64,000 nucleotides of DNA, from positions 96,001 to 160,000 of the forward strand of contig CAVXTM010000018.1 of the NCBI GenBank assembly GCA_963764725.1, read 5' to 3'. Positions within the stretch are counted from its first letter, which is position 1. Each line of letters starts with the position of its first letter. The position numbers and the translations under genes are program-made. Origin of the DNA: an uncultured Gammaproteobacteria bacterium (lineage in GTDB: Bacteria; Pseudomonadota; Gammaproteobacteria; JACCXJ01). The notes below the pieces were generated by a model. The model was not told the origin of the DNA, did no database searches, and worked only from the letters and a program-made list of their open reading frames with translations. Positions 20,681 through 30,705 of this stretch are shown in pieces.

Positions 20681-21628
20681 ATGAAAGCGTTTTTCATACT
20701 CGTGCTGATCACCTACGTTTCATCGGCCTCGGGCGCACCGACCGGGCGAGTATTCGTCACCAATGAACGCGGTAATACGGTCTCGGTCATCTCCGGTGGA
20801 ACGCTAAGAGTCGAAGCCACGATCGCGGTCGGCAAGCAACCTCGCGGGATCGGGATCGCCCCGGATGGAAGCGCCCTGTACGTAGCGCTCGGGCGGGAAA
20901 ATGCGATCGCGGTTATCGATCCGAAGACCCTGAAGGTGCTGCGTAAGATCCCCTCGGGCGATGATCCGGAAGCCTTCGGCGTGCATCCGAACGGCAACAT
21001 CTATATTTCCAACGAAGATGCTGCCAAGGCCTCGGTGATCGATCCGGCGAGCGCTAAGGTCATCGCCGAGATCCCGGTGGGTCTCGAACCCGAAGGCGTC
21101 GCTATTTCCCCCGATGGCAAGCAAGTGATCGTAACCAGCGAATCGACCAACATGCTGCACATCATTGCCGTACCGGAGCACAAAGTGGTCGCGAACATCT
21201 TGGTGGGCGCGCGCCCGCGCGCCGCGGTTTTCGCGCGCGACGGGAAAACCGCCTACGCGACCTCCGAAATCGGCGGTGAGGTCAAACGGGTGGACATGGT
21301 GGCCCACAAGGTACTGAATAAGGTGCCGCTCGGAGATGACAAGATCAAGCCCAAGGACGTGCTGCTCAGCAGGGACGAGGCGACGCTCTATGTCGCCGGC
21401 GGCCGCGCTGACCAGATCATCGTCCTCGATGCAAAGACCTTACAGGTCAGGACCCGCATCCCCGTAGGCGAACGGGTGTGGGGCCTGGCCCTGACGCGTG
21501 ACGGGCGCCGTCTTTATTGCACCAATGGTGTCAGTAACAGTGTCTCGGTGATCGACACCGCCACCGACAAAGTAATACAAACGATCGCCGTGGGCGAGGC
21601 ACCTTGGGGGGTCGTCATCGACGACTGA
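20681..21628 (+). CDS. YVTN beta-propeller protein, PQQ-catabolism associated (PedA2-like)
   Basis: Signal peptide, repeated VFVTNE/IYISNE/VGxxPxG blades, DDPEAF, LEPEG. Confidence 0.82.
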   Translation: MKAFFILVLITYVSSASGAPTGRVFVTNERGNTVSVISGGTLRVEATIAVGKQPRGIGIAPDGSALYVALGRENAIAVIDPKTLKVLRKIPSGDDPEAFGVHPNGNIYISNEDAAKASVIDPASAKVIAEIPVGLEPEGVAISPDGKQVIVTSESTNMLHIIAVPEHKVVANILVGARPRAAVFARDGKTAYATSEIGGEVKRVDMVAHKVLNKVPLGDDKIKPKDVLLSRDEATLYVAGGRADQIIVLDAKTLQVRTRIPVGERVWGLALTRDGRRLYCTNGVSNSVSVIDTATDKVIQTIAVGEAPWGVVIDD

Positions 21629-21650
21629 AAAAACTCACTCGCGATCGCCT

Positions 21651-22847
21651 TTATGCCGCTTTGTTCAGCGTATTCGCCCAAGCAACGCTTGCGAGATAGA
21701 TCTGCCCGATTTGGTAGACCTTGAGGTTCTGGTAGGTTACTTGATCCAGATTCCAGCTCTCGTAATTAACGACGCAATCGAGCGCCTGCCCGGCATCGCC
21801 TGTCCTGTAGACGAGGGCATTCGTAATTTCCTCGGAAAGCGGTAAATCATGCGCGATTTGCTCCAGCGGAGCATCCAACATCTCATCCAACAGAGACAGC
21901 AAGCCCACCAGGAAATACTGTTCCGAGGGTTTGTCGCATTGCAGCGCCAGAAGTTCGCACATCTTGGCGCGAATTAACGCAATGAAGGTCAATTCGTCAG
22001 GTGAATACGGCGCCGTGGTCAAGGAAAGCAGGTCGGCCCAACGGCGGATGTCCGCAGCGCCGAGGCGGGTAAGCGCCTGCCGGATCGAGTCGATGTCGCG
22101 CCGCGTGTCATGCGACTCCGCGTTCGCGTAGCGTAACAGTTTATAGCTCAGCGCCACGTCCAAGGACACGGCTTGCGAAAGCGCGTCGATATCGAGGGCC
22201 GGCGCCTCGATCGCGGCGAGCACCTGGACGATGGCCCGATGATGGGTTTCCAGGCGGCGGCCGCGCATGATCTTGGGCCGATCAAAGTGAAACCCTTGAA
22301 AGTACTCGAATCCGAGCTCGCGGTATAGGGTGTACTGGTCATCCGACTCGACCTTTTCGGCAAGCAATTTGGCCCGATAAGGCTGGAGCAGTTTGATCAG
22401 ATCCGCGAGCTCCTGAGGGGATTGCTGCAGAATATCAATCTTGATGATGTCCGCGACCTCAATGAGCGGCCGCCACATCTCCGAAAAGACGAAATCGTCC
22501 AGTGCGATGTGGTAGCCTTGGCGCGCCAGATTCTGGACGGCCATCACCACCGGTGTGTCGATGCGGACGGTTTCCAGGACCTCCACGACGACCCGGTCCT
22601 TCGGTAACAACAACGGCACGCCATCGATCAAGTTTCGCCGCGCGAAGTTGATAAAGGCGCGATGCGGCCCAACCAACCGATCGAGCCCCTGCTCAAGCAA
22701 TGCATCGACGACCACTTGATTGCTGACGAGGGCGCCCACCATCGTGTCGGCCGGATCGACGGTGACATCGCGAACCAGGAGCTCATAGCCGAACACGCGT
22801 AAATCACGGTCGAAGATCTGCTGGCGGCCTATTACGAAATCCGGCAT
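21651..22847 (-). CDS. EAL + HDOD domain protein (YuxH-like)
   Basis: RQQIFD, GYELL, ALDDF, AEKVE, FQGF, then HDOD helices (LSYKLLRYAN, FLVGLLS). Confidence 0.88.
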   Translation of the reverse strand: MPDFVIGRQQIFDRDLRVFGYELLVRDVTVDPADTMVGALVSNQVVVDALLEQGLDRLVGPHRAFINFARRNLIDGVPLLLPKDRVVVEVLETVRIDTPVVMAVQNLARQGYHIALDDFVFSEMWRPLIEVADIIKIDILQQSPQELADLIKLLQPYRAKLLAEKVESDDQYTLYRELGFEYFQGFHFDRPKIMRGRRLETHHRAIVQVLAAIEAPALDIDALSQAVSLDVALSYKLLRYANAESHDTRRDIDSIRQALTRLGAADIRRWADLLSLTTAPYSPDELTFIALIRAKMCELLALQCDKPSEQYFLVGLLSLLDEMLDAPLEQIAHDLPLSEEITNALVYRTGDAGQALDCVVNYESWNLDQVTYQNLKVYQIGQIYLASVAWANTLNKAA

Positions 22848-23030
22848 GGGTGGGTCTCTACATCAACTCGGGTTGCGATTTTTGCACGCTATCCTCGCAT
22901 ATGCTTTAGGATCGCGCCACAATCCCGGAAATTGGCAACCCTTGATCCCTATCCATGCTTTATTTGGATTTCATAGTAAACTTTAAACTATTCATTGCCC
23001 GCGATTGACGAAAATATCAAGGAGACGACC

Positions 23031-23486
23031 ATGCCCGTAGCAAAGCTTAAGGATTTCTTAGACCAAAATCAGGTGAAATACGTCACCATCGCGCATTCGC
23101 GCGCGTTTACGGCCCAAGAGATCGCCCAATCGGCGCATATTCCCGGAAACGAATTAGCCAAAGCCGTAATGGTGAGAACCGACGGCCGTTTGGCCATGGC
23201 GGTTCTGCCGGCGTCGTACCAGATCGACTTTGATCGCCTGCGGCAAGGCGCGGGGGCCTCCAGCGTGGAGCTCGCAAGCGAGAAGGACTTCCAGGATAAA
23301 TTTCCGGGCTGTGAGCTCGGCGCCATGCCGCCGTTCGGGAATCTCTACGCAATGGATGTCTATGTGTCGCAGCGGCTCACCGAGGATCGGTACATCGCCT
23401 TTAGCGCCGGCTCTCATACCGAGCTGATTAAGCTTTCGTACACGGACTATGAGCGCTTGGTCCGTCCCAAAATCATCGACTTTTAG
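23031..23486 (+). CDS. YbaK/ProX-family aminoacyl-tRNA deacylase
   Basis: LAKAV, CELGAMPPFG, AGSH; AGGAG RBS before ATG 23031. Confidence 0.9.
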   Translation: MPVAKLKDFLDQNQVKYVTIAHSRAFTAQEIAQSAHIPGNELAKAVMVRTDGRLAMAVLPASYQIDFDRLRQGAGASSVELASEKDFQDKFPGCELGAMPPFGNLYAMDVYVSQRLTEDRYIAFSAGSHTELIKLSYTDYERLVRPKIIDF

Positions 23487-23514
23487 CACCCGGTCGCCGC
23501 GCCTTGCAAAGCAC

Positions 23515-23660
23515 AGAGTTTGTGAAGAAATCGTCAGCGAGCGAAGGAAGCTCGTGTTTCGCCGGAGCGGAGGAACCGGAGCGTATATGGAAATACATGA
23601 GGATTCCGAGCACCGCCGGAACGCGAGGTCCCGAGCGCAGTAGATTTATTCGCAAACTCT
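23515..23660. repeat. 146-bp palindromic MITE/RPE-like element
   Basis: Terminal inverted repeats AGAGTTTGTGAAGAAATC / GATTTATTCGCAAACTCT (16 of 18 pair) and internal pairing arms; lies between convergent genes. Confidence 0.75.
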
Positions 23661-23664
23661 CAGG

Positions 23665-24747
23665 CTAAGTGCATGAGCCAAGCGGTAACACGATCTCTAT
23701 GAAGATCAGCAGGATGATGATCCACTCGAGGACTTCCATCCGGACCGCCGCCAAGCGATCGGCCATCTTCTCGTAAATGCTTTCGAGGGTATCCAGCTTG
23801 CGCAGAATACTCGAATCCCATTCGGCCAGATGGAAGCGTTGGGACACCAGGCGGTAAACGCGCGCGAGATATTGGTCGCCTAAAAGCTTCAAGGCGTTAT
23901 TTACACCCTCGAATAAGATCGCGCCGTCCACCTGCAGTTGCCCGATGTGCTCGAGATCCGTGCTGGGCCTCAAGACTTTGATAAAGCGTTTGTAGGACCG
24001 GGCAAGGCTGTCATAAGCGTGACCCAAGGCCTGATCAAGGCGCGAGTCTAGGTAGCGCATCTCCACCAGCTCGACGTTGGCGAATTCCAGCACCGCCCGG
24101 ACGTCATCCCCATTGGCATCGAAAAGTATAGAGGCGTGCCAATCGATGATCGCCAGGTCGCCTGGGCCGAAGGAGATGCGATGGGAAATCGCGTCGCTGA
24201 CCTCTTCTTCGGATAACTCACCTCGTTCGGCGCGCAGGATCTGAGCGAGTTGCTGGGCGCGAGACAAATAAAAACCTTTTACGTTGACGGGTTCGCCGAA
24301 GGACTCGATTTCGAAGATCACATAATCTTCTACAAATTCCGCGATGCTTTGGCGATCGACCGCCGCAGCTATGACCTCAAGCAGGCGCTCGACCCGGCGC
24401 CGCGCATCGGCCAATAGCTCGGCGTTGTCATACAGAGTTTCGCTGAGATCGAGCAAGAAGGCGAAGGGCCCGATGAGCGGGATGCTGTAGGCAACCAAAA
24501 CAGCGCCGAAATCGTACAGGACCAGGTCCACGTTGGAACGCGTCTCGATGGCTCCGAGCAGAAGCGGCGCCGTCTCCTCGGAGACTCGCAGCGGTGCGGG
24601 TCGATAGTCAAAATACCGCGGCGCCCGGCGTTTGTGCCGGAGCGCGGCGCGCTCGGTGGCAACGATGCGCTGGGTACGATCGAGATCGATGGCCACCGCC
24701 ACATCGAAGGCGAATAAGGCATAGCAACTACCGCTCTTTATCTCCAT
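23665..24747 (-). CDS. Conserved hypothetical protein, RMD1/DUF155-like with C-terminal TM helix
   Basis: VLYDFGAV, helical core, ends LEWIIILLIFIEIV. Confidence 0.7.
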   Translation of the reverse strand: MEIKSGSCYALFAFDVAVAIDLDRTQRIVATERAALRHKRRAPRYFDYRPAPLRVSEETAPLLLGAIETRSNVDLVLYDFGAVLVAYSIPLIGPFAFLLDLSETLYDNAELLADARRRVERLLEVIAAAVDRQSIAEFVEDYVIFEIESFGEPVNVKGFYLSRAQQLAQILRAERGELSEEEVSDAISHRISFGPGDLAIIDWHASILFDANGDDVRAVLEFANVELVEMRYLDSRLDQALGHAYDSLARSYKRFIKVLRPSTDLEHIGQLQVDGAILFEGVNNALKLLGDQYLARVYRLVSQRFHLAEWDSSILRKLDTLESIYEKMADRLAAVRMEVLEWIIILLIFIEIVLPLGSCT

Positions 24748-24825
24748 CCGCTGATCGCAATTCAGGCCTATAGCACATTTTGCTCGCTGCCACGGACCGG
24801 ATGCCGTTGCACCGCGAGCCCCTTC

Positions 24826-26427
24826 TCAATAGCCGCGCGCTGTCAGGTACTGTTCGATATCTTCCCGTGCGAAGCCAAGCTTGCGCGCCACTCTGTCCGC
24901 GTGGCTGACCTTGGAAATCCCATCTACGAGGCGGTAGGTGGGCGCTTCGTGGTTAAAATCGACCTGCCGGTACAGTCCGATCCGATCCTTGCGAAAACGC
25001 TCGACCAGCTCGTGGTTATGGGTGATAAGAATCGTCGTATTCCCGATGCGCCGGAAGCCGTTCAAGATTGCATGCGAGATCGTGAGCTTTTCCTCGTAGG
25101 TCGTCCCCTCGGCCATCTCATCGAGGATCACGAGCGAGCGCGGCGTGGTGGCAAGGAAGATTTCCTTGGTGCGCTGTAATTCCGTCCCGAAGCGGCCTTC
25201 GAGATCGGCGAGCGAACCCGTTTCCGGCGCTTGATAATAGATGCGATCCGCGACCGCCATCTCGGCGTCCGCCGCCGGCACATAACACCCGATCTGCGCC
25301 AAGATCTGCACCTGGGCGAGGGTCTTGCAAAAGGCCGTCTTGCCGCCGCTGTTTGGACCCGTGACGAAACCCAAACGCGCCGCGCCGAGGTCGATATCGT
25401 TGGCGACGTAGGCCGGATTGCTCTTGGCCAAAACCGGATTTCTTACCTGCTTAAGGGCCAATCTATGGCGGCCCGCATCGAGGATCTGCGGCAATACCAT
25501 GGCGCTCCCGAAGCCGCTGGCATACTGATGGAACGCGAGCAACTCGTCGATCGCGCCCAAGGCAGCCAGGGTGTTTTGCGTCTCCTCGGACTCGCGGTAG
25601 CGATCTCGCAGCGGATAAATGAAGCTATCGCGATCGAAACTACCCACGGCCGGCACGTAAAACACGAGCAAGGGCAGCAGCGAAACCATGAGCACCGGAT
25701 TGGCCGGCGTCGCGATGTAAGCGGCTAGCCAGGGGTTAGTCAGCACGAAATACCCAAGAGCGGCCGCCCCCAGCAGCAGCGGTTTAAACAGCGACGGCCG
25801 AAAGCGGATTGCCGGTGAATAGCGGCGTTTCTCGCCGCCGAGCTTCAGCCCACGCTCCGTGAGGTACACCGGACCGCGCATCAACCTATGCGCGGCCGTT
25901 GCCTCGTAACCGCGGATCGCTTCCACCCGTGCCGCAAGGTAGGGGCTTTCGGGCGTCGGCAGATGCCGCGCGTCGCCGGTGAGTTCAAGCATAAAGCGCG
26001 TGCCGCGCTTATAGGCCGCGTAGCCATAGCCTTCGTACTCCATCTTGTTGGGTGTGGCGCCCAGAAACCCCGTGAAGCTACCGAAGAGTAACTCGTAAAA
26101 AGGCTGCTCGTGGACCGCGGCGGCTCGGACAAACTGCTGCAGCCGCTCTCGTAGCGCGGCGTTCGATGCGAGCTCGCGCAACGCCTCGTGTTTGGAACGG
26201 ATCGCCTCTGATGAGACCGAGGGGTAGGCTAGAGAATGATACAGGGTGGCCTGCCCGGCGCGGGTATGGCAGCCGTTGATGGCATCGAAGATCCGGTCCA
26301 CCTCTAAGATCCGGAAGCTTGCGGCATCGAGCACCCCCTGGCGGAAGCCGCTCAGCACGCGCACCGAGCTTGCGACATCGCGGTTCCGCGCGATCCTCGC
26401 GTAGAAATCTCTTACGGCTTCACTCAT
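24826..26427 (-). CDS. MutS-family ATPase lacking mismatch-recognition domains
   Basis: TGPNSGGKT, AQIGCYVPA, LDEMAEGT, ITHNHEL, YRLVDGIS; central hydrophobic segment. Confidence 0.85.
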   Translation of the reverse strand: MSEAVRDFYARIARNRDVASSVRVLSGFRQGVLDAASFRILEVDRIFDAINGCHTRAGQATLYHSLAYPSVSSEAIRSKHEALRELASNAALRERLQQFVRAAAVHEQPFYELLFGSFTGFLGATPNKMEYEGYGYAAYKRGTRFMLELTGDARHLPTPESPYLAARVEAIRGYEATAAHRLMRGPVYLTERGLKLGGEKRRYSPAIRFRPSLFKPLLLGAAALGYFVLTNPWLAAYIATPANPVLMVSLLPLLVFYVPAVGSFDRDSFIYPLRDRYRESEETQNTLAALGAIDELLAFHQYASGFGSAMVLPQILDAGRHRLALKQVRNPVLAKSNPAYVANDIDLGAARLGFVTGPNSGGKTAFCKTLAQVQILAQIGCYVPAADAEMAVADRIYYQAPETGSLADLEGRFGTELQRTKEIFLATTPRSLVILDEMAEGTTYEEKLTISHAILNGFRRIGNTTILITHNHELVERFRKDRIGLYRQVDFNHEAPTYRLVDGISKVSHADRVARKLGFAREDIEQYLTARGY

Positions 26428-26443
26428 AGTCCGCCTCCGAGAG

Positions 26444-26511
26444 TCAATTTTAGATTTCGCCACCACGGGGTATGCAACCCGTGGGAAACCCCATCGCTAA
26501 GGTCCCCGCGG
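26444..26511. repeat. Short copy of the hairpin repeat also found at 43493-43610
   Basis: GATTTCGCCACCACGGGGTATGCAACCCGTGG GAAACCCCATCGCTAAGG near-identical to the long copy minus its middle hairpin. Confidence 0.8.
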
Positions 26512-26607
26512 TGGGTATTGTATGCCAGCGGGTTAACTAAATCGAAAGGTACGCCCTCCCCATCAAACCATTGCAAAACTGCGTGAGATGAGAATAATAA
26601 CGCCGCC

Positions 26608-27570
26608 ATGAGCGCGGATATCCTCATCGACGTGCAGCACCTCTACCGCTACTACGGCGAGGTCTGCGCCGTCAATGACGTGAGCTTTTCGGTCCGCCGC
26701 GGCGAGGTGTTGGGTTTTCTGGGTCCCAATGGCGCGGGTAAAACCAGCACTATGCAAATGATCAGTGGAACCCTGGCTCCAAGCGCTGGCGGCATCACGG
26801 TCGGCGGTATCGACATCCTCGAATCACCCAAGGCGGCCAAAGCCAATCTCGGCTATCTTCCCGAGCATCCCCCCTTGTATCGGGACATGACCGTCGACGA
26901 ATATCTCCTTTATTGCGCGCGGCTGCATCGGATTCACCGCCATCAATGCGGCGCCGCGCTCGCCAAAACCAAGTCGCGCTGCGGCTTAGGGGACGCCGGA
27001 CAGCGGCTCATCGGCAACCTGTCGAAGGGCTATCAGCAACGCGTCGGAATCGCGCAGGCGATTCTGCATGCGCCCGCGGTGGTGATTCTCGATGAACCGA
27101 CGGTCGGGCTCGACCCCATCCAGATCCGGGAAATTCGGGATCTCATCGGCGAGCTGCGTGGCGATCACAGCGTCATCCTCTCGACCCATATCCTTCCCGA
27201 GGTGCAAGCCGTCTGCGACCGAGTGCTGATCATTCACCAAGGCCGCCTGGTGCTGGACGATTCCGTGGAGCGCCTGACGCGTCAACAGTCGGTGGCCGGG
27301 CTTCGCATTGCCCTGCGGCAACCGCCCGATGTAGCGCAACTGCAAGCCATTGCGGGCGTGGAACAGGTCGAGCGATTGGACTCCAACCGCTTTGTTCTGC
27401 GCCATCCGCCGGATCGCAATCCCACGGATGGCGTGGTCGATCTCGCGGTGCAGCGGCGCTGGGGCTTATTCGAGCTTGTTCCAGAAACCCGTTCGCTGGA
27501 AGAGACCTTCGTGCACCTGACCGCCGGTGAGAAGCTGACAGGAGTGGAGCAGCAGGAGGCGTCCCGGTGA
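26608..27570 (+). CDS. ABC transporter ATP-binding protein (GldA-like)
   Basis: GPNGAGKT, LSKGYQQRV, LDEPTVGLDP. Confidence 0.92.
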   Translation: MSADILIDVQHLYRYYGEVCAVNDVSFSVRRGEVLGFLGPNGAGKTSTMQMISGTLAPSAGGITVGGIDILESPKAAKANLGYLPEHPPLYRDMTVDEYLLYCARLHRIHRHQCGAALAKTKSRCGLGDAGQRLIGNLSKGYQQRVGIAQAILHAPAVVILDEPTVGLDPIQIREIRDLIGELRGDHSVILSTHILPEVQAVCDRVLIIHQGRLVLDDSVERLTRQQSVAGLRIALRQPPDVAQLQAIAGVEQVERLDSNRFVLRHPPDRNPTDGVVDLAVQRRWGLFELVPETRSLEETFVHLTAGEKLTGVEQQEASR

Positions 27571-28316
27571 TCGCCGTCATCGCCGATCGCGAGTTCCGCG
27601 CACTTTTCGGATCGCCTTTAGCATGGGCGATCCTGACCGTCGTCCAGGTGCTCCTAGCCTACATTTTTCTAACGCGCATCCAGCTCTTCGGGGAATTTCA
27701 GCCGCGTCTTTTGGGCTTGGAACGCTCTCCGGGACTGACCGATATTGTCGTCGCCCCGCTCTTCGGCAGCGCCGGCATCGTGTTCCTCCTGGTGGCGCCC
27801 ATGCTCACCATGCGCATGATCGCCGAGGAACGGCGGAACGGGACCTTGCGGCTCCTCTACGCCGCCCCGGTCTCCATGCTTGAGATCGTGCTTGGGAAAT
27901 TCCTCGGACTCATGGCCTTTTTCCTGGTGACGCTGCTAATGATCGCCGCCATGCCGCTGTCGCTGCTTCTGGGCGGGGGCCTCGACCTCGGACAGTTCGC
28001 TGCAGGATTTTTGGGTCTTGGTTTGCTCGTAGCGGCGTTTGTCGCCGTGGGCCTGTTCCTGTCTTCCGTGACGGACCACCCCACCGTCGCAGGGATCTCC
28101 AGCTTCGGCGCGCTCTTGCTCCTTTGGATCATCGAGTGGCCCGGCGGATCCGCGGAGGGCACGGGCCTTTTTGCCTACTTATCCATGGCGCGTCACTTTC
28201 AATCCTTGCTCAAGGGGGTGTTCAATTCGGTGGACGTGTTTTACTACCTGCTACTGATCGCCGTGTTCCTGATTCTCACCATGTGGCGGCTCGACGCGGA
28301 CCGGCTGCAACACTAG
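27567..28316 (+). CDS. ABC transporter permease (GldF-like)
   Basis: PMLTMRMIAEERRNGT, IVLGKF; GTGA overlap with the ATPase gene. Confidence 0.9.
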   Translation: MIAVIADREFRALFGSPLAWAILTVVQVLLAYIFLTRIQLFGEFQPRLLGLERSPGLTDIVVAPLFGSAGIVFLLVAPMLTMRMIAEERRNGTLRLLYAAPVSMLEIVLGKFLGLMAFFLVTLLMIAAMPLSLLLGGGLDLGQFAAGFLGLGLLVAAFVAVGLFLSSVTDHPTVAGISSFGALLLLWIIEWPGGSAEGTGLFAYLSMARHFQSLLKGVFNSVDVFYYLLLIAVFLILTMWRLDADRLQH

Positions 28317-28333
28317 AAACGAGACGTCTAAGG

Positions 28334-29734
28334 ATGTTGATCTCCGCCAAGACCCGCCGTCATCTCCGCATCAACAGTACGCTTTTCGCCGCGTTTCTTA
28401 TCGGGATAGCCGGCATGCTCGCGTGGCTCAGCACCCGCTATAGCATCACGGCCGATTGGACCAGCACCGGCCGCCATACCCTGTCGGAAGCGAGCGCGGC
28501 TCTGCTGAAGCGCTTGGATAAACCGGTGGAAATAACGGCCTATGCCCGCCCCGATCCCGCGCTCCGCGATCTGATCCAGGACCTCGTGGACCGTTACCGC
28601 CGCGTTCAGCCGAATATCGCGCTGCGCTTTGTGAACCCCGATACCGCGCCTGATGAGCTGCGCGAGCGCGGCATCCGTGTGGACGGAGAGCTCGTGGTCC
28701 GTTATGCCGGCCGTGGCGAACAGGTTCAGGAACATAGCGAAGAAGCGTTGAGCAACGCGTTGCAGCGGCTGCTGCGCACCGAGGAGCGTTGGATCGTGTT
28801 CCTCGAAGGCCACGGCGAGCGCAATGCCCAAGGCGATGCCAACCACGATCTATCGCAATGGGCGCAACGTTTGACGAGCCGGGGACTTAAGGTGCAAGGA
28901 CTCAACCTCGGCGCCAACGCGGTTATCCCTGACAACACCTCCGTGCTGGTGATCGCGAGCCCTCAGGTCCGGCTCCTGCCCGGCGAGGTCGATCTCGTCC
29001 TGCGCTACCTCGACAGGGGCGGTAATCTGCTCTGGCTGACCGAGCCCGGCTCGCTCCAGGGCCTCGAACGCCTCGCCGAGGCGCTCGGCCTGGTTCTCGA
29101 AGGCGGTACGATCGTGGACCCGGCGACGGCGCTTTTCGGCATCGATCATCCTGCCATGGCGCCGGTGACCAGCTACGGCCCCGAGATCCCCGTCGCGGGG
29201 TCGCGGTTTATCACGGTATTTCCCTACGCCCGCGCCATCAAGCTAAATCCCAAGGAGAGCTGGCGGGGCGCGCCCATTCTGAGCGTCGGATCACAAGCAT
29301 GGGCCGAGACAGGCAAACTCGAAGGCGAGATCGCTTACGATCCAGGGAAGGATCTGAAAGGGCCGCTCGATATCGGCGTGCGCCTGACTCGCGAGCGGCC
29401 GGCGCGGCAAAAAAGCGCGGGAGCACCACGCACCGCAACGGATAAGAACGCCAAAGAAACCGGCGAACAGCGCGTTATCGTGCTCGGCGATGGCGATTTT
29501 CTATCCAACAGTTATCTCGGGAACAGCGGCAACCTCGACCTGGGCCTCAGGATCATTAACTGGCTCGCGACAGATGATATTCTTGTCGATGTGCCCGCCC
29601 ACCGCAGCGTGGATACCAAGCTCGATCTTACCGATACCGAAAGCGCGATCATCGGCTTCGGATTCCTGTTCCTGTTGCCGGCCTTGCTCGGGGGCATCGG
29701 GTTCTATGTGTGGCTGCGGCGCCGGCGCGCATAA
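28334..29734 (+). CDS. GldG-family ABC auxiliary protein
   Basis: DWTSTGRHTLS, FLEGHGER, GDGDFLSN, GNLDL, C-terminal TM + RRRR. Confidence 0.88.
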   Translation: MLISAKTRRHLRINSTLFAAFLIGIAGMLAWLSTRYSITADWTSTGRHTLSEASAALLKRLDKPVEITAYARPDPALRDLIQDLVDRYRRVQPNIALRFVNPDTAPDELRERGIRVDGELVVRYAGRGEQVQEHSEEALSNALQRLLRTEERWIVFLEGHGERNAQGDANHDLSQWAQRLTSRGLKVQGLNLGANAVIPDNTSVLVIASPQVRLLPGEVDLVLRYLDRGGNLLWLTEPGSLQGLERLAEALGLVLEGGTIVDPATALFGIDHPAMAPVTSYGPEIPVAGSRFITVFPYARAIKLNPKESWRGAPILSVGSQAWAETGKLEGEIAYDPGKDLKGPLDIGVRLTRERPARQKSAGAPRTATDKNAKETGEQRVIVLGDGDFLSNSYLGNSGNLDLGLRIINWLATDDILVDVPAHRSVDTKLDLTDTESAIIGFGFLFLLPALLGGIGFYVWLRRRRA

Positions 29735-29742
29735 ACCGTGCG

Positions 29743-30660
29743 ATGAGTGTTATAGGTGCGCGGCTGCGCCTCAATGCCATCCTGCTGGCGGTACTCTCAG
29801 TGCTTGTGTTGGTCGCCATCTCGGAACCGGGCAAGCAAGAGGAAGCGCCCCGGCCGAAGATCAGCTCCATCGCGCCGCAAAGCGTGAACAGCATCCGCAT
29901 CACCCGTCCCGGCGGTGAAAACATTGAACTTCACAAAGAAAGCGGGCACTGGTTGTTGAAACAACCCTTCTCGGTGCGCGCCAATGAACTGCGGGTCCAG
30001 GCACTACTCGACTTTTTAGCAGGCGAGACTCGAGACGCGTTCCCGGCCAAGGATCACGATCTCAAGCGCTTCGGCCTCGCAGAACCAGCGCTACAGTTGC
30101 GATTCGACGACTTGCTCTTTACCTTCGGAGACGCGAATCCCTTGAGCGGTCAGCGCTACGTGCTTCACGAGGATACGATTCACCTCACCGCCGACACGAT
30201 CTACCCGGCCCTTACGGGCTCGGCGGAGGATCTCGCGACTCCGCGTCTCCTCGACGAGGGAACCGAGCCGGTCAAATTGACCTTGCCGAAATATGTGCTT
30301 TCACGCAACCCCAAGGGCCTCTGGAAATTATCGTCGCCCGACCCGCAGATAAGCTCCGCCGCGCTGCAAGAGCTGGTGGATGAGTGGCGGTATGCACAGG
30401 CTCCCACCGTTCGCCGGAAGCAGGAAAGAACATCGCAAGGGACAATAAGGATCGAATTTCAGGCAGGGCCACCCGTCCAATTTGAGATCCTTGCGAAAAG
30501 CCCTGAATTAATTTTGGCGCGTTCCGATCTCGAGTTGGAGTACGCAATGCCCGCCGAGACGGGTAAGCGTCTGCTCGAACCTAAAATGGCTAACAAGCCA
30601 CCAGCGGCGGCGAAGAGTACGCCCGCCTCGCCCGAAAAGCCGATAACCCCCCGGCGATAG
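29743..30660 (+). CDS. DUF4340-like exported protein
   Basis: N-terminal anchor, LKRFGLAEP, FGDANPL, RYV; usual position after GldG. Confidence 0.78.
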   Translation: MSVIGARLRLNAILLAVLSVLVLVAISEPGKQEEAPRPKISSIAPQSVNSIRITRPGGENIELHKESGHWLLKQPFSVRANELRVQALLDFLAGETRDAFPAKDHDLKRFGLAEPALQLRFDDLLFTFGDANPLSGQRYVLHEDTIHLTADTIYPALTGSAEDLATPRLLDEGTEPVKLTLPKYVLSRNPKGLWKLSSPDPQISSAALQELVDEWRYAQAPTVRRKQERTSQGTIRIEFQAGPPVQFEILAKSPELILARSDLELEYAMPAETGKRLLEPKMANKPPAAAKSTPASPEKPITPRR

Positions 30661-30705
30661 CGGTGTCGCAGTGCGTGCGCGGCCAAGCTATAGGACCGGA
30701 TCCGC

